Assembly: GCA_036337435.1 (NCBI GenBank) | Contig: JAYZEG010000059.1 | Span: 1-19,040, forward strand | Origin: Myxococcota bacterium | GTDB lineage: Bacteria; Myxococcota_A; Bradymonadia; UBA7976; UBA1532 | Direction of reading: 5' to 3' | DNA length: 19,040 nucleotides | Part shown: piece by piece, positions 17,062 through 19,040 of the stretch | How positions within the stretch are numbered: position 1 is the stretch's first letter | Layout of the letters: every line of letters begins with the position of its first letter | The notes under the pieces: generated by a model | Told to the model about the DNA's origin: nothing | The model's input: the letters and a program-made list of their open reading frames with translations, nothing else | The model's database searches: none | Translations under genes and position numbers: made by a program

Positions 17062-18137
17062 TTAAGCAGGTTATCATTACATCAGCCCACGTTAATGCCG
17101 TCGGTTTAGCCTTGTCGCTTCGAGAGGTTGGCTTCGGTGGGGCGATTGTGTGTTTACAACACAAACTGAAACAAAGAAGCATTGCATCGCGCTTTCCTGA
17201 AATCTGCTCGGTGCGCTTGATTACAAACCCAGAGTCGGACCGGCTACCGGCTCTGTTGAGTGAAAATTATTTACCACGTGAAACAGGGGTTCTTTTCACC
17301 GATGAACGGTATCTGGCTTCGTTTCAAAAAGACGGTCAATTCAGGCATTTCAAAGGGGCCGGTGACAGGTTAGCCATAGCCATCAACAAGTGGCAATTTT
17401 ATCAATTTGTCGAGTCGAAAAACCTTGCTCCAGTGCCGCTAACGGTGCGGTCCGACGCTGACCCATTCTCTGTTTTTTCAGGTCCGTTTAGAAGTCGAGT
17501 TTGGCAGAGTTGGTCGGCTCTAAAAAAACAGCCCAGGGGGCGCTTGATTCGACATCAGAGTGAGCTGGACAAATGGAAAGCGGAGATTGTTACTCAGCAG
17601 ATGAACTCGACTGACTGGGGCTACCAAGAACAATTGAGCTCGAATCCCAATGACAATGTATCGGTCGCTGGCTGGCACGACAGCGGAACGCGCCAGAGCC
17701 TGGTCACAAGGCGTGTATCTGTCGCATCTGGACTGGGTTGGCTCATCGAGAGAATCGACGACCCAGCAGACCTCGTGACCCAGTCTCACAATATCCTCGA
17801 TGCCCTCGAATTCGAGGGTCCTTTTGAAATGGAGTATGTCCTCGATCCGGCAGCGAAGATCTTTCGGGTCATCGAACTCAACCCAAGATTCTGGATGCAG
17901 CATCGATTGTTCCAGCATCTCACTGACCATGCGCCCATCCGACGATTTTTGGGAAAACGTTACTCGACAACGGTTCGCTGTGATGGGCCTGTCAACTGGC
18001 TCCAGACCGACGTCGCTTTGACCTCGCCTTTGCTGGCGGCCCGGTACCTTCGCAACGGTATATTGGCCCACCCAATCAAAGGCGCGGTGGGCAATCTTAT
18101 CTTCAACAAGCTCAGAGCGGTGTCGAGAACAAGCTAA
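17058..18137 (+). CDS. ATP-grasp fold carboxylate-amine ligase-like protein
   Basis: NAVGLALSL N-domain, NKWQFY...PVPLT, YQEQL, FEGPFEMEY, FRVIELNPRFW (ExNxR). ATGA overlap with the methyltransferase stop. Confidence 0.82.
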   Translation: MIKQVIITSAHVNAVGLALSLREVGFGGAIVCLQHKLKQRSIASRFPEICSVRLITNPESDRLPALLSENYLPRETGVLFTDERYLASFQKDGQFRHFKGAGDRLAIAINKWQFYQFVESKNLAPVPLTVRSDADPFSVFSGPFRSRVWQSWSALKKQPRGRLIRHQSELDKWKAEIVTQQMNSTDWGYQEQLSSNPNDNVSVAGWHDSGTRQSLVTRRVSVASGLGWLIERIDDPADLVTQSHNILDALEFEGPFEMEYVLDPAAKIFRVIELNPRFWMQHRLFQHLTDHAPIRRFLGKRYSTTVRCDGPVNWLQTDVALTSPLLAARYLRNGILAHPIKGAVGNLIFNKLRAVSRTS

Positions 18138-18323
18138 CTTGCCTTTAGCAGCTCGCTTGCAATCCCCATCTGTTCGACGGGTCTCAGTTGTTCAACCAAA
18201 AACGCTTTTCGAGACCAACTTTCCGGTCATCACGGCTTGAAGAGTCACCAGAGACCGAGTTCTTGTTCATCGCCTCGATAACTGTGTATCGTTCTATGAG
18301 TGGTTGGTGTTGGGGAAAAAGAT

Positions 18324-19040
18324 ATGTCGGCATTGCCTGTTGCCTTGGGGGCACTGATCGCCCTGTGGTTAGGCTATCGTTTCTACAGCCAGTTTTTGGC
18401 AGATAGACTCTTTGGTCTCAATGCCGGCGAGACCGTGCCTGCCCGTGAACATGCGGATGGAATCGACTTTGTCCCAACACATCGGTCTACTCTATGGGGC
18501 CATCACTTCTCTTCCATCGCGGGTGCAGCACCGATTCTTGGTCCAGCTATCGCGATCGTCTGGGGCTGGCTGCCCGCCCTCGTGTGGATTGTGTTTGGCG
18601 TCATTTTTATGGGCGCAGCCCACGATTTTGGAGCTTTGGTCCTGTCGATGCGCCATGACGGACAAAGCGTTGGCAGACTCGCAGAACGATTCATCGGACC
18701 TCGGTCACGCACCTTATTCTTAATTATTATTTTTTTCCTGATCTGGATGGTGGGTGCCGTATTCGCCTTCGCCATCGCCAGTCTTTTTGTGAAATTTCCG
18801 GCCAGTATTCTTCCAGTCAACCTAGAAATCGGTGTCGCCGTTGGGCGGGGTTACTATGCCTTCAAAAGAAGCGGCTCGTTGATGGTGCCGTCCATTATCA
18901 TCCTGATGGGTTTATACCTCGTTATCTTTGGGACAGCGACAGGGACTCTGCCCTCCCCCGACGAGCAATCACTTCTGAGAGATATTGATTTCTGGCTCGT
19001 CGCGTTGATGATCTATGCGTTTGTTGCCAGCAGTTTGCCA
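18324..19040 (+). CDS. cstA: Carbon starvation protein A family transporter (peptide/pyruvate), 5' part; runs off the window
   Basis: Manual translation: MSALPVALGALIALWLGYRFYSQFLA...PAREHADGIDFVPTHRSTLWGHHFSSIAGAAPILGPAIAIVWGWLPALVWIVFGVIFMGAAHDFGALVLSMRHDGQS, which carries the CstA signature. Absent from the ORF track because there is no stop in the window. Confidence 0.95.
   Translation, partial: MSALPVALGALIALWLGYRFYSQFLADRLFGLNAGETVPAREHADGIDFVPTHRSTLWGHHFSSIAGAAPILGPAIAIVWGWLPALVWIVFGVIFMGAAHDFGALVLSMRHDGQSVGRLAERFIGPRSRTLFLIIIFFLIWMVGAVFAFAIASLFVKFPASILPVNLEIGVAVGRGYYAFKRSGSLMVPSIIILMGLYLVIFGTATGTLPSPDEQSLLRDIDFWLVALMIYAFVASSLP

Noticed and set aside
17520..18071. 183-aa antisense ORF
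   Set aside because: Shadow of the ATP-grasp gene with no independent support.
18188..18820. Track ORFs 18188-18406, 18412-18723 and 18503-18820
   Set aside because: They overlap cstA (from 18324) out of frame or antisense.
1..19040. CRISPR array, tRNA/rRNA, transposase, integrase or defence genes
   Set aside because: No regularly spaced repeats, cloverleaf signatures or relevant protein motifs were found by eye.

Overview
This is a bacterial chromosomal window of roughly 50-53% GC (judged by eye). Gene content points to Myxococcota/Bradymonadia (inference: Cys-rich VWA lipoprotein, DUF2505, DUF4846, M1 lipoprotein). Genes in order: the 3' end of an unidentified + strand gene; an N-acyl-D-amino-acid deacylase family amidohydrolase divergent from a TetR regulator, with two TGCGAA-N5-TTCGCA operator-like palindromes between them; a secreted DUF4846 protein; a 110-aa orphan behind a sigma28/FliA-type promoter; a DUF2505 protein; argG; an M1 aminopeptidase lipoprotein; a CmpX/MscS TM-helix-repeat membrane protein; a PAP2/AUR1-like lipid phosphotransferase; a VWA lipoprotein; a second D-aminoacylase-like enzyme; a coupled CE4 deacetylase + SAM methyltransferase + ATP-grasp ligase cassette; and the 5' part of cstA, which the ORF track misses. 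I saw no rRNA, tRNA, CRISPR array or mobile element. The most interesting items are the deacetylase/methyltransferase/ATP-grasp cassette, the sigma28-driven orphan, and the symmetric TetR twin-operator region. All family calls come from recognising motifs by eye, not from database searches.
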